Assembly: GCA_963731265.1 (NCBI GenBank)
Contig: CAVSUE010000001.1
Span: 1,824,001 to 1,888,000 of the forward strand
Origin: an uncultured Verrucomicrobiae bacterium
Lineage (GTDB): Bacteria > Chlamydiota > Chlamydiia > Chlamydiales > Rhabdochlamydiaceae
DNA: 64,000 bases
Reading direction: 5' to 3'
Shown: one piece after another, positions 27,951-38,277 of the stretch
Layout: each line of letters opens with the position of its first letter
How positions within the stretch are numbered: position 1 is the first letter of the stretch
The notes under the pieces: generated by a model
The model's input: the letters and a program-made list of their open reading frames with translations, nothing else
What the model was told of the DNA's origin: nothing
The model's database searches: none
Translations under genes and position numbers: made by a program

Positions 27951-29320
27951 TAAGACTTTTTCAAATGCTTCGCAATGGTCTCAACTTTATGCAAAGTGGT
28001 GGACTTCTGCCAACTATCTTCACTTTGCTCCCCGTAGATTTTGTTTTTCATCCCGTCAGGCAGACGAGAGAATCGCTTCATTGCTTCTGCGATGTCTTTG
28101 GAATATTTGAATTGCTTGATAATATCTTCAAGTACGGCATTGTGGTTTGCTGTAAAGTCCCAGACCTTGATCGTATTCAAGGGAGTAGCGTCTGAATAGA
28201 TCCTCCCGTCTTTCACCGCAAGAGTTAAATAAATGTTGGCTCTATCCAAAATGGTGACTAAGTTTTTTAAGGTATGTTTATGTCGAATCCTAATGGTATT
28301 CTCAGGAGGCACAGTGTAAATGAGGAAATCATCTGCAATGACAAGAGAACAAACTCGCCCCATATGATCATCGAAGAAATTCAAGAACTCAAGAGAATCG
28401 ACATCCCAAAGACGAACCGATCTATCTGCAGAGGCTGAAAACAGCACTCCTTTGTCAATAGCAAGAGAATTAATTTGATCGGTGTGCCCAAACAGCGTTT
28501 TGAGGTGTTTAAAGGAGATCAAGTCCCAGGCCATGATCGTCTTATCCGTAGAACCTGAAAACAGTTTGTTTTTAGCGAAGGCACATCTCCTAACAGTACC
28601 CGAATGCCCACTAAGAAGAGCGATCTCTTTCATAGTGTCCAAATCCCAGATCCTAATTGTCTGATCATCCGAGCCGGAAACAACCACTATTTTCTTCTCG
28701 CCGGAGCCGGAAATAATTTCTGTGCTACCAAGACAGGTAATAGCTCCAGTATGACCCAGAAGAGGAGGTAACCATTCCTCTGATTTCCTATCGTATACCC
28801 TGATCGAATTGTCGCGATCAATACCCCCTAAAAAAACCTTTTGATCCACAACCGCAATGGATGAACCAAGGTTTAATTGTAAAGTAAGCGACTGAGTACA
28901 TTTTTTAGACTCTACGTCCCAAACCTTAAGCTGATGGTTGAAGGCCCAAACGGAGATTGAAAAAAGATTTTCGCCAGCAAAGAGAAGAGAGTCAGGGCCA
29001 TAACCATTATGATCCCCCAAAATATAAGAAGAGAATATCCCTTCTCTGTAATTCCAATAGGTTTGATTTTGACTCAAATAGGCTTTTTTTAAATTCTGAA
29101 TTCCGTTCACATTAAATTCAGGGAAATTACGAGAAAATAATTGCTGATAAATTTCAATATTATTCAATTCTTGATTCCATTGATGTGAAACACAAGCGCT
29201 CGCAACCAACTCCTGCGATGGCAGTCGTGAAAAAATATCCGTGAGCAGCTCTGTGGGAGCATCTATGATAGAAGAGGGTATTAGAACTATGGCTGAGGAC
29301 GGTATTGCTATTGGTGTCAT
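27950..29320 (-). CDS. F-box/WD40-repeat protein (eukaryote-like effector)
   Basis: F-box PTELLTDIFSRLPSQELVASACVSHQWN; WD40 repeats LLGHTGAITCL...VSGSDDQTIRIWD, LSGHSGTV...SGSTDKTIMAWD, LFGHTDQI...SASADRSVRLWD. Confidence 0.93.
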   Translation of the reverse strand: MTPIAIPSSAIVLIPSSIIDAPTELLTDIFSRLPSQELVASACVSHQWNQELNNIEIYQQLFSRNFPEFNVNGIQNLKKAYLSQNQTYWNYREGIFSSYILGDHNGYGPDSLLFAGENLFSISVWAFNHQLKVWDVESKKCTQSLTLQLNLGSSIAVVDQKVFLGGIDRDNSIRVYDRKSEEWLPPLLGHTGAITCLGSTEIISGSGEKKIVVVSGSDDQTIRIWDLDTMKEIALLSGHSGTVRRCAFAKNKLFSGSTDKTIMAWDLISFKHLKTLFGHTDQINSLAIDKGVLFSASADRSVRLWDVDSLEFLNFFDDHMGRVCSLVIADDFLIYTVPPENTIRIRHKHTLKNLVTILDRANIYLTLAVKDGRIYSDATPLNTIKVWDFTANHNAVLEDIIKQFKYSKDIAEAMKRFSRLPDGMKNKIYGEQSEDSWQKSTTLHKVETIAKHLKKS

Positions 29321-29357
29321 GATTGTTAACCTAAATTAAACTTCACTGAAACATTCA

Positions 29358-30425
29358 TTATTTAAAATTGAGCTTGCTGTATTTAACAAGAGCTAAATGC
29401 AGATAAGCTAAATGAAAGGGAAGCGTAAGATGTGTTAAAGCAAAGTCGCGGGAATTTTGCGCGATTTTTTTACTGTGCAAGTCGTTTTGCAACGCCCATT
29501 CCATTTTTTTGACAAGATCGCTGAGGTCAGCTTCGACAGGCACATAATGGACCCAAGGTTTTAGTTGTCGATAATACCACTGGATCCATGAAGAATTGGG
29601 TTTGAAGACCAAAGAACGTGTGAAAAATTTCCAGCCCGATGCCGAATAAGCGCTCGCATTCCCATCCACAAGAATATGGTATTTGCAATGAAACTGTTCT
29701 TCAAAACTCACCCTCTCGCCTGCTAATTGTTCCAGGAAGGGAATCGGTTCGCCCAATTGGGCAAAATGAGTAAATTTTGCATCGATAAGTTCCGGCATTG
29801 CAAGCGAAAGGGAGCACAGGATGACTCTTGAAAGCTGATGGCAATTGCTCATCGTGACAACTCCATTCTGGGCCGTCGATCCACGCCAGATCATTTTAGG
29901 AATTTTTGCTTCCCATGGAGGTGCAAATTGAAGCACATCGGCATTGTGCAGAACTTGATAGGCCGCATTGAGCGCCTCAAAATCGGGAATCAAAATGCAA
30001 TGCTCCACCCCCACTCTTTTACACATCGCAAAAACGGGGATTCCTTCTAAGGCGCCATTTGGCAAGTCAACGCCGTCTCCCATGGAGATCAGAAACGCCA
30101 TATCGGGGAATTTCAACTCTTTGGCAAGATCTGAAATGACCTTATAATAAACACCGATGCGTTGATGAAGAAAATGGCCTGCAGGGATTTTGGTCCGATA
30201 CGTCACTTGTCCGTCATCAATCGTAAAGGCGACCAGTAGCCATTCTTCAGCTTTTTTGTCGTAAAGCTGGCGTATTTTTTTTAGGGAAATCTTTTTACCT
30301 TTATAAACAGCGAAATCGTCTTTCAGTTGTAACAACATCCAGGATGGCGGGGACTGGACTAATTTTTTTAGTTCTGAGGCATGAACTAAGCAGGGGAAGA
30401 TCAAAAGGAGGAAAACTTTTAGCAT
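29358..30425 (-). CDS. Glycosyltransferase family 90 (CAP10/KDELC/POGLUT-like)
   Basis: ILIPDF, PWEAKIPKMIWRGST, CKYHILVDGN, QWYYRQLKPWVHYVPVEADLSDL...W...ND...KIA; start ATG 30425 (MLKVFLLLIFP) coupled to the upstream stop. Confidence 0.88.
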   Translation of the reverse strand: MLKVFLLLIFPCLVHASELKKLVQSPPSWMLLQLKDDFAVYKGKKISLKKIRQLYDKKAEEWLLVAFTIDDGQVTYRTKIPAGHFLHQRIGVYYKVISDLAKELKFPDMAFLISMGDGVDLPNGALEGIPVFAMCKRVGVEHCILIPDFEALNAAYQVLHNADVLQFAPPWEAKIPKMIWRGSTAQNGVVTMSNCHQLSRVILCSLSLAMPELIDAKFTHFAQLGEPIPFLEQLAGERVSFEEQFHCKYHILVDGNASAYSASGWKFFTRSLVFKPNSSWIQWYYRQLKPWVHYVPVEADLSDLVKKMEWALQNDLHSKKIAQNSRDFALTHLTLPFHLAYLHLALVKYSKLNFK

Positions 30426-31516
30426 AAGGAATGTTCTAACAGAGCATCGAGCCCGGAAAGAATAGACTGAATGGGCATCGAAAAAAGGCAATCGCTCATT
30501 TTGCTGCCGCCGCAGCCGTCCTGGTAGCAAGGGCGGCAGGAAAATTGTTGCGTGATCACGCGAGCATTGGGATGCATCCATGGCCCCCAATTGACTTCAG
30601 ATGTGGGACCGAACAAGGCCGCAACGGGCGTTTTCAGCGCCGAGGCAATGTGCAGCGGGACAGAATCGACGCAGATCAAAGCCTTTGTAAAGAGGATGAG
30701 TGCCGAAAGTTCTTTCAAGGTCAATTTCCCTGCGAGATTAAACACTGGAACATCCGGAACCAAAGCGAGAATCGCTGCGACCATCGCCAATTCCTTTTCT
30801 TCGGGACCAGCAGAAATCACAACGCGCATTCCCCGCTCATGCAGCTCAGTGATGAGTTGCGCGATCTGCTTAGCGGAAAGGCATTTAAATCGCCAGCGGG
30901 AAACGGGATGGATCAACACATAATCGCCTAGGCGTATTTCTTCCTGGGCGAGAAGGTCGGCGATTTTATTTTTAGCGCTCTCGGGGACATGCAAAAAAAG
31001 GTCCCTTTCTTCCATCGGAGGAAAAATACCTATCCGTCTCAACGCGTCCAGTTGACGCTCCACCGCGTGCCGCGGATTCGCGCACTCTTTGACGAGATGG
31101 GTGTAGGTTTTGCCTTTGCCGAAAAAACCCGACTTTTTAGGATCGAAGCCCACGCGATATTTACTTCCTGAAAACCACGCGGCAATAGCACCCCGGTCGC
31201 CTTCTGTCAGGTTGATGACCAGTTCGTACGATCGGGAACGAATGGCTTTGAGAAGGATCAATTCCTTAACGATCTTTTTTAAAGGAGACAAGTTTTTCCA
31301 ATTCCGATCATAGAGTAAAAAATCTGTAATGGCGGGGTGCCCCTCCAGCATGGGCAAAGTGTCTTTGTAGATGAAAGCGTCGACCTGCGCATGAGGAATA
31401 GCTTTTTTTAGATTGGAAAACAATGGGGAGCTCAGTAGCACATCCCCATGGTGGCGCATTTTGATCACTAGAGCGCGTTTCACGAGGCTCAGCTCTGGAT
31501 AATTGCCGTAAGTCAT
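30419..31516 (-). CDS. GT9 LPS heptosyltransferase III-like (RfaQ/WaaQ)
   Basis: LVIKMRHHGDVLLSSP, HPVSRWRFKC, LAGKLTLKEL, CVDSVPLHIASA...LFGPT, CRPCYQDGCGGSKMSDCL. Confidence 0.9.
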   Translation of the reverse strand: MTYGNYPELSLVKRALVIKMRHHGDVLLSSPLFSNLKKAIPHAQVDAFIYKDTLPMLEGHPAITDFLLYDRNWKNLSPLKKIVKELILLKAIRSRSYELVINLTEGDRGAIAAWFSGSKYRVGFDPKKSGFFGKGKTYTHLVKECANPRHAVERQLDALRRIGIFPPMEERDLFLHVPESAKNKIADLLAQEEIRLGDYVLIHPVSRWRFKCLSAKQIAQLITELHERGMRVVISAGPEEKELAMVAAILALVPDVPVFNLAGKLTLKELSALILFTKALICVDSVPLHIASALKTPVAALFGPTSEVNWGPWMHPNARVITQQFSCRPCYQDGCGGSKMSDCLFSMPIQSILSGLDALLEHSLC

Positions 31517-31665
31517 ATTAAAAACATCTTATCGCTTCCCCTTAAGTCTTTCAACTAGACAAATTTTGGGAGACAAGTAAAATTTTTTCTGGTCAAAGGC
31601 GTTTCTCAGTGATAATAATTTAGCGAATTCTTATAATTGCAGGTTTTCACAATTGGAGTTTTCTC

Positions 31666-32091
31666 ATGGTAAAAGAACAAACCCTTTCAATCCTAAAACC
31701 GGATTCCGTTTCAGCAAATAATATTGGCGTGATTCTATCCCGCTTTGAAAAAGCTGGTTTAAAAATTATCGCTGCTAGGATGGTGCACATGACCACTGAG
31801 CAAGCCAAGGCTTTTTACGCCGTCCATGCACATCGCCCATTCTTCCAGGAACTCGTCACTTTTATGATCGAAGGGCCCGTCCTCGTCATGGTCCTCGAAG
31901 GTGAAAACGCCGTTGCCAAAAACCGGGATCTCATGGGCGCCACCAATCCTCGGGAAGCCGCTCCAGGAACGATCCGCGCTGATTATGCAAAATCAATCGA
32001 GAAAAATGCAGTCCACGGTTCCGACAGCTCCGAGAATGCAAAAAACGAAATTTCTTTTTTCTTCAAACCGCAAGAAATTTTCTCTAGATAA
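31666..32091 (+). CDS. ndk: Nucleoside diphosphate kinase
   Basis: [34 protein letters not shown]. Confidence 0.97.
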   Translation: MVKEQTLSILKPDSVSANNIGVILSRFEKAGLKIIAARMVHMTTEQAKAFYAVHAHRPFFQELVTFMIEGPVLVMVLEGENAVAKNRDLMGATNPREAAPGTIRADYAKSIEKNAVHGSDSSENAKNEISFFFKPQEIFSR

Positions 32092-32098
32092 TCATTTC

Positions 32099-32125
32099 AG
32101 CAAAGTCCCCAAAAGGGACTTTGCT
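32099..32125 (+). terminator. Hairpin downstream of ndk (probable terminator whose U-tract is displaced by an element)
   Basis: AGCAAAGTCCC-CAAAA-GGGACTTTGCT perfect 11-bp stem. Confidence 0.6.
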
Positions 32126-32252
32126 AGTGTCTAATTGCATATATTGCCCATCGTATTTTGCTCAGATTTTTCTGCCTGAGGCTCTATGGGGCGTCAGGCT
32201 GGAAAAGATGAGTAAAATACGACAACTAATTTAGGCAATTAGACGACACTAG
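32124..32252. mobile_element. Palindromic MITE-like element (family E), CTAG-flanked
   Basis: Ends CTAGTGTCTAATTGC / GCAATTAGACGACACTAG; inner arms TCGTATTTTGCTCA / TGAGTAAAATACGA and GCCTGA / TCAGGC; the right CTAG contains the autotransporter stop. Confidence 0.75.
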
Positions 32253-35200
32253 AACGCTTTTCTCAATTCGCCTTCGATCGCATTTTCTCTGAAATATTCT
32301 CCAAATTCGCCGTGGTAGCCAACGGTTAACGAAAAGCCGTGTTCCAGCGAGGCGAGCCGAAATCTTGCTTGAGGCGAAATGAGATTGTTTTCGGGATTCA
32401 ACCCGTGCACGTAAAAATGGCAGTCGTCTTCTTTTTTAAATCTAGCTCTTGTCCTTTTGCCGAGTAGGCGAAATTCCAGAATGTAGCTTGCGGAGAGGTC
32501 GAACATCACTTCCACGTGTTTGAAGCATCCGTTGTAGCCCACGCCAAGTCCCGCTTCGGGGCGGAGATAGTCATAACTTTTTCCATACACTTTGAGATTT
32601 AGGCTTTTAGCGTCGTGCTCGGTGTAGCCCGATTGCATGATGTAAAGATAATCGACATTGGCAAAAGGATAAATGTTGATTTTCGCTTTTCTCCCGGCAT
32701 CGAAATGAAAATCATAGCCGCCGCCAAAATGGCCCATGACCTGATTCATGCGGTCATAGTGCTCGGCCTTGCGGTGATCGGTCCCGGAAAAGAGGAAATG
32801 CTCTACTTTGAATTTCATCCTGCGCTCTGCGTAAACAGGGCTATAGAGAAAAGAAAATAGGGCATCGGAAAACCAGTAAGTGTTCGACCATGCTGCTGCA
32901 AGCGTTCCTGCATAAGTTTTAAAGTCCGCCTCCGCCTTGGTGTGGGCGATGTGCATGTCCGTATCCACGAAAGAAAATCCTCCGGAAAAAATCCACAATC
33001 TCTGTTTGCGGTAATCAAAGGCCGTAGTGACCCCTGCAAATGTTTGCTTGTAGCCAGGCAGTGAATCATCGCCGTATTGCCGCACTTTTTCAGCAAACGG
33101 AGCAATCCACAAACGAAACGGCTCCGATTCAGGACAGGAAATCGCCCGCTGCTCAAAAAAATGATCGGTGAAAATTTGACGGATTCTCTCGGCGACATTT
33201 TCTTCCGCGTAAGCGATGTTGTCGAAGTTGGCGGGCTGCATTTGATTGAACGATCGGCGCAGCTCAGGCAATGTTTGCAAATCCAAAATCGGAATGAGTC
33301 GTTCTATATCCGGGAAAGATTTGAAGTCGAGGACTGAAAAACAAACAGCCGCATTTCTTGCATTGCCGGACGGCAGAACCTCATCATAGGCTACTTTATC
33401 TAAGAGCACATACACGGCGTCCGGGGTATAGAGAATTTCGAGAATGTATGTCGGAAAAGGATTCGTGAAGTTGAAAAAAGCATTATAAGTCATCGTTGGC
33501 GAGGTGATGATCGTGTAATAGCCGACCTCAGGCCTTGTGAATCCATCGGGCATGAGGAGCAATGTGGAATTTGGATTGATCGTGACATTTGTCGATGCAG
33601 CTAGGCTGGAAGAGCCTGTATTGTCAAATGCGACGGAATAAGTCGATCCGGGATTGAAGACGACATGGGAAGCGTTCAATGTGCCGATGCCATTATCGCC
33701 AGGCGCAAGCGTGCCGTTGACGGTGACATTTTGCACTTGCCCTGTGCCCTCTAACGTCCCTCCGCTATTAACAGTGATCGTGGAAATCACAGAGCCATCG
33801 ACGGTAAGAATCCCTGCCTGCACTGTCGTGGGGCCTGTATAAGTGTTATTACCGCTGAGAATTACATTTCCCGGACCTTGCATGGTCAAATTTCCCGGTC
33901 CCGAGATCACCCCTGCGCTATTCGCTGTACCAGGATTGTTGAACAGCAAAAGACCATTGTTGACAACATTGCTGTTCGTGGGGAGCCCGCCATTGGAATT
34001 AATCTGCAAGGTCTTCGCTGTCGCGATCGTCGTGGTTCCTGTATAAGTATTTGTCCCGGAAAAAATGAGGTTTCCATTTTGTATTGTCACTCCTCCGCTT
34101 CCGCTGATCGGTCCGGCAAAAGTAATCGTGTCCGGCTGATTGAACAGCAATAAACTATTGTCGATAACAGAATTTGACAGAGGAAGGGCTGTATCGCCGT
34201 TAATTTGCAATGTTCCACCAGCGATGATGGTCCTCCCTGTATAACTGTTCGTGTTGTTAGTAAGGAGCAATGTTCCGGGCCCGTTTTTTTGGAAGCCTCC
34301 AGGCCCCGTTAGCTGCCCTGTCAATGTTCCGATAAATGCACCGTCGACAGTGATGTTTGCTGCATTTTCGAAAATGAAAGTCCGCGGCGTACTCATCGTG
34401 GCGGTCATTTCCAAATTGCCAATATAAAATTCCAGGGGGTTTGGGGCGGCCCCAAGATTTGCATCGTCGGAAACCTGGATCGTCCCCGCGATTAAAAAAG
34501 TCGTGCCCGTGTAGTTATTCTCCCCACTTAAGACCAAAACGCCGCTCCCACTCATGGCCAATCCACCTCCGGATCCGCTGCCCAAGCCATTATCGCTTTC
34601 GATCGCCGTGCCAATCGCAAACGTTGTGGAATGTTGAAAGTTGATGAGGCCGCCCGACATGATAAAAAAGTCCTGGCCGAGGAATTTTGCAAGAGTGGCC
34701 CCCCCAGTTCCTGCCGTGGACGTGCCGGAAGTGATCGTAGCCGGCACGGGATCTTGAATATTCAAAGTCCCAAACGCGCCGAGAAAAACTGTCCCGCCCA
34801 GTGCTGCCCCTCCTCCACCAGAACCACTGGCCTCTCCGCTGCCACCAAATCCTCCTAAAACGCTCTGACCGGAATTGCCTGCAGAATACCCAGCTCCACC
34901 GCCACCGCCAAATCCCCCATTTCCAACATTCGAACTCGCATTTGTTCCGGTTCCTGCTCCGCCCCCGCCGCCTCCAAATGCTATTGCGTTAAAAACCCCT
35001 CCATTCCCACCTGGGCTTCCTGAGCCGCCCGAAGCTCCTCCACCTCCGCCGCCGCTAAATCCTCCGTTGCCTCCCGCTCCCGCAGCTGTAGACCCAGAAC
35101 CTCCTGCGCCGCCTCCGCCGAACATAGCCGTGGAACTCCCTCCCGCCCCGCCATTCCCCGCCGTTGCACTTCCGCCGCCGCCTGCGCCTAATGCGGAATT

Positions 35201-36115
35201 GCCACCGGCTCCGCCATCACCCGTGGCATTGCCCCCGCCGCCACCGCCGCCGCTATTACCTGTTCCAGCGCCGCCAGTTCCTCCGCCCGCAGTGCCCGCG
35301 GTTCCGCCCGGATGTATCAAAGAATCTGCTCCTCCGGAGCCTCCAGTTGTCGTTAGGTTGCTTCCCGGCTGCCCAGCATTTGCATCCGATCCTCCACCAC
35401 CACCACCGCCGCCGAGACTTCCAGCTCCGCCAGGAAAAAACAAGCCGCCACCTCCACCGCCACCCCCGTCTGAGGCCCCTCCTCCTATACCACTGAATCC
35501 TCCTCCGCCGCCGCCGCCGCCGAATGCTATCTCGCCTCCAGTTCCGCCCGACATACCTCCGCCACCACCACCGCCGTTACCTGCTCCAGTAGCTCCTCCA
35601 TTTCCTCCTTGGGCAAAACACATGGAATAATTGAAACCTTGCACGGTAAGAGAAGATCCGGGAGCAACAAAAATTCCTCCAGCTGCTCCTAAAGCGCCAC
35701 CTCCTCCATTAGCTTCTCCCATTCCGCCGCTGCCGCCTATGGAAGCGCCGTTCATCACTTGAATATTTGTTCCAATCGTCACAGGCGCAGAAGAAGGCTG
35801 GGCGACAAAAAAGACGCTATAGAGATTTTGTCCGTTGATGGTGATTGCATTCCCATTTGTGTTGATCGAAGCGATCGATGCACCTGGGATGTTTGATCCG
35901 ATAGGAGGCAGAGGACTCATCAGCGTGATTGTCCCAGCAACCCCCGGCCCGAACACGATCGTGTTGCTGCCCACAGTGGTATTTCCACTCAAAATTGCCT
36001 GGCGCAAAGAACCCGGACCGCTGTCATTCGTATTCGTAACTGTGAAGTTCGCGCCTGACAAAGAAGCCGCATGGAAAAAAGAAAAATAAAACAGGCCGGA
36101 TAAATATTTTCTCAT
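32249..36115 (-). CDS. Autotransporter with glycine-rich passenger and passenger-associated beta-strand repeats
   Basis: Signal peptide from MRKYLSG (ATG 36115); FTVTNTNDSGPGSLRQAI; about 330-aa poly-Gly region; repeated LxLSGxNTYTGxTTIxxGTL; C-terminal barrel ending EGELRKAF. Confidence 0.92.
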   Translation of the reverse strand: MRKYLSGLFYFSFFHAASLSGANFTVTNTNDSGPGSLRQAILSGNTTVGSNTIVFGPGVAGTITLMSPLPPIGSNIPGASIASINTNGNAITINGQNLYSVFFVAQPSSAPVTIGTNIQVMNGASIGGSGGMGEANGGGGALGAAGGIFVAPGSSLTVQGFNYSMCFAQGGNGGATGAGNGGGGGGGMSGGTGGEIAFGGGGGGGGFSGIGGGASDGGGGGGGGLFFPGGAGSLGGGGGGGGSDANAGQPGSNLTTTGGSGGADSLIHPGGTAGTAGGGTGGAGTGNSGGGGGGGNATGDGGAGGNSALGAGGGGSATAGNGGAGGSSTAMFGGGGAGGSGSTAAGAGGNGGFSGGGGGGASGGSGSPGGNGGVFNAIAFGGGGGGAGTGTNASSNVGNGGFGGGGGAGYSAGNSGQSVLGGFGGSGEASGSGGGGAALGGTVFLGAFGTLNIQDPVPATITSGTSTAGTGGATLAKFLGQDFFIMSGGLINFQHSTTFAIGTAIESDNGLGSGSGGGLAMSGSGVLVLSGENNYTGTTFLIAGTIQVSDDANLGAAPNPLEFYIGNLEMTATMSTPRTFIFENAANITVDGAFIGTLTGQLTGPGGFQKNGPGTLLLTNNTNSYTGRTIIAGGTLQINGDTALPLSNSVIDNSLLLFNQPDTITFAGPISGSGGVTIQNGNLIFSGTNTYTGTTTIATAKTLQINSNGGLPTNSNVVNNGLLLFNNPGTANSAGVISGPGNLTMQGPGNVILSGNNTYTGPTTVQAGILTVDGSVISTITVNSGGTLEGTGQVQNVTVNGTLAPGDNGIGTLNASHVVFNPGSTYSVAFDNTGSSSLAASTNVTINPNSTLLLMPDGFTRPEVGYYTIITSPTMTYNAFFNFTNPFPTYILEILYTPDAVYVLLDKVAYDEVLPSGNARNAAVCFSVLDFKSFPDIERLIPILDLQTLPELRRSFNQMQPANFDNIAYAEENVAERIRQIFTDHFFEQRAISCPESEPFRLWIAPFAEKVRQYGDDSLPGYKQTFAGVTTAFDYRKQRLWIFSGGFSFVDTDMHIAHTKAEADFKTYAGTLAAAWSNTYWFSDALFSFLYSPVYAERRMKFKVEHFLFSGTDHRKAEHYDRMNQVMGHFGGGYDFHFDAGRKAKINIYPFANVDYLYIMQSGYTEHDAKSLNLKVYGKSYDYLRPEAGLGVGYNGCFKHVEVMFDLSASYILEFRLLGKRTRARFKKEDDCHFYVHGLNPENNLISPQARFRLASLEHGFSLTVGYHGEFGEYFRENAIEGELRKAF

Positions 36116-36258
36116 GGGAATTTTCCTGCGCAAGTCGACACGCATTGATGACCTCGATAATAATTTAAGTTATGAATCATAATGCGCTTGAGATTTGCAT
36201 CAAAGAGATTTTGTAAAACGAGTTGTATTTCCATTTTTGCGAGACCAAAAATGGAGCA

Positions 36259-36288
36259 TTCTCTGTGATCTCTATGTCTCTGTGGTAA
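36259..36288 (-). repeat. Short CACAGAG-type tandem motif
   Basis: Minus strand reads TTACCACAGAGACATAGAGATCACAGAGAA; the hairpin TCCATTTTTG / CAAAAATGGA lies next to it at 36230-36255. Confidence 0.45.
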
Positions 36289-36309
36289 ATAAAAGGGAAA
36301 AAAGCCTCA

Positions 36310-36480
36310 GAGGATGTCTACAAAGTGAGGGTTCGTCGAGTTTTTGGATTATTTTGGCCGCTTTTCGATTCTTTTTGCGGGGGTAGTATACGCAAGTTGA
36401 TACAACCCCCGCAAAAAGAATTCGAAAATCGGCTCAAAAGAACCGAAAAATCGACAGAACCTCGCTTTGTAGACATCCTC
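36310..36480. mobile_element. Family A MITE-like element, full length, TCA target duplication
   Basis: TIR GAGGATGTCTACAAAG / CTTTGTAGACATCCTC; TCA at 36307-36309 and 36481-36483 (the latter is the pckG TGA stop). Confidence 0.9.
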
Positions 36481-38277
36481 TCAAGCCAAACGCCGTTTCA
36501 GTGCAGACAGCTCTTCTCGAATCGCCTTCGGCAATTTATCCCCGAATAGCTTGAAATACGTTTCCAATCCATCCGCTTCTTTTTTCCATGCTTCCTTGTC
36601 CACATGAAGAAGCTGTTGAACGACTTCTTTTGGAATGTTTAAACCAGATACATCCAAACTCTCCACTGTAGGCAAGTAGCCGATCGGAGTGATCTGGGCA
36701 GACGCTTTTTCGTCGATCCTTTCGCACATCCACTTTAAAACTCTCGAATTTTCGCCGTAACCGGGCCAAAGAAATTTTCCATCTGCATCTTTCAAAAACC
36801 AGTTCACGTAAAAAATACGGGGAAGATTTTTTGCATTCATTCCCATGTGCAGCCAATGATCGAAATAATCGCCCATGTGGTAGCCGCAAAAAGGGAGCAT
36901 CGCAAATGGGTCATGCCGCAACTTTCCAATCTCACCTTTTGCCGCGGCGGTCATTTCGGAAGAAACGGAAGCACCGATAAAAACTCCATGAGGCCAAGAC
37001 AACGCTTCATAAACAAGAGGAGTGGTCGAAGCCCTCCGGCCTCCGAAAATGATCCCTGAGATCGGAACGCCTTTCGCATCTTCCCATGCGGGATCGATGG
37101 CTGGACACTGGGAAGCGGGGGTTGTGAAACGTCCATTGGGATGGGCTGCCTTAGTTCCTGATTCCGGCGTCCAGGATTCTCCCATCCAGTCTGTCAAATG
37201 ACGCGGAGGTTCAGCGGTCATAGCTTCCCACCACACGTCTTTGTCATCGGTGAGGGCAACGTTAGTAAAAATCGAGTTGCGTTCAATCGTTCGCATCGCG
37301 TTAGGATTGGATTGCATTGAAGTGCCGGGCGCTACGCCAAAAAAACCTGCTTCGGGATTGATCGCATACAATCTTCCATCAGGGCCAAAGCGCATCCAGG
37401 CGATGTCGTCGCCCACGCATTCCACTTTCCATCCCGGCAGCGTAGGGGTTAGCATGGCAAGATTTGTCTTGCCGCATCCGCTGGGAAAAGCGGCGGCGAA
37501 ATACTTTTTTTGCCCTTGAGGATTGGTGATTCCGAGGATCAGCATGTGTTCGGCCATCCAACCTTGGTCGCGTCCCATCACAGATGCAATACGGAGAGCA
37601 AAACACTTTTTGGCAAGAAGGGCGTTTCCGCCGTAGCCACTCCCATAGGACCAAATGGTCCTGCCCTCAGGAAAATGCACGATATATTTTTCATCTGAGC
37701 GGCAAGGCCAGGGCATATCTTTTTGCCCGGGCTTTAGAGGTATGCCCACCGAATGCATACAGGGAACAAAAAAATCGTCGCCCAGCGTCTTGATCACTTC
37801 TTTGCCGATGCGCGTCATGATGCGCATGTTGCAAACGACGTAAGCGGAATCGGTGATCTGCACGCCGATGTGGCTTAAAGGAGAACCGATCGGCCCCATG
37901 CTGAAAGGAATCACGTACATCGTCCGCCCTTGCATGCAGCCGTTGAACCGGTCTTTCAGCAGAGCGAGCATTTCTTTTGGATCGCGCCAATGATTCGTCG
38001 GCCCCGCGTCGTCTTCCGATTCGGAACAAATGAACGTGGCTTCTTCGACCCGCGCGACATCCGCAGGAGTTGAGTGGCACCAAAAAGAATTCGGACGTTT
38101 TTGTGGATTAAGCGGAACGAAAATCCCTTTATCGACGAGCTGGCGCGTCAATTGATCGTATTCTTCTTGGGATCCGTCGCAGAGGTGCACGCGGTCGGGT
38201 TTACAAAGTTGAACCGCTTCCTCGACCCATTGAATGAGCCGGGCATTTGAGGTCCACTCTCGTAATGAGGAAATCAT
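36481..38277 (-). CDS. pckG: GTP-dependent phosphoenolpyruvate carboxykinase
   Basis: [65 protein letters not shown]. Confidence 0.97.
   Translation of the reverse strand: MISSLREWTSNARLIQWVEEAVQLCKPDRVHLCDGSQEEYDQLTRQLVDKGIFVPLNPQKRPNSFWCHSTPADVARVEEATFICSESEDDAGPTNHWRDPKEMLALLKDRFNGCMQGRTMYVIPFSMGPIGSPLSHIGVQITDSAYVVCNMRIMTRIGKEVIKTLGDDFFVPCMHSVGIPLKPGQKDMPWPCRSDEKYIVHFPEGRTIWSYGSGYGGNALLAKKCFALRIASVMGRDQGWMAEHMLILGITNPQGQKKYFAAAFPSGCGKTNLAMLTPTLPGWKVECVGDDIAWMRFGPDGRLYAINPEAGFFGVAPGTSMQSNPNAMRTIERNSIFTNVALTDDKDVWWEAMTAEPPRHLTDWMGESWTPESGTKAAHPNGRFTTPASQCPAIDPAWEDAKGVPISGIIFGGRRASTTPLVYEALSWPHGVFIGASVSSEMTAAAKGEIGKLRHDPFAMLPFCGYHMGDYFDHWLHMGMNAKNLPRIFYVNWFLKDADGKFLWPGYGENSRVLKWMCERIDEKASAQITPIGYLPTVESLDVSGLNIPKEVVQQLLHVDKEAWKKEADGLETYFKLFGDKLPKAIREELSALKRRLA

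Noticed and set aside
27827..28195. Short ORFs starting in or spanning the palindromic elements (also 36325-36549, 56128-56394, 4390-4683)
   Set aside because: They are products of element sequence with no transposase motifs and no independent coding evidence.
30426..30590. N-terminal 55 aa of the 410-aa GT90 ORF
   Set aside because: It overlaps the GT9 gene in another frame; ATG 30425 gives a coupled start and a signal peptide.
34875..35630. 251-aa proline-rich ORF on the + strand
   Set aside because: It is the antisense shadow of the poly-Gly autotransporter codons (GGN read as NCC/CCN).
36163..36190. dif-like sequence (minus strand CAAGCGCATTA-TGATTC-ATAACTTAAAT)
   Set aside because: The inner CATAA/TTATG positions conserved in dif sites are mismatched and no GC-skew switch is evident by eye; it is probably promoter DNA.
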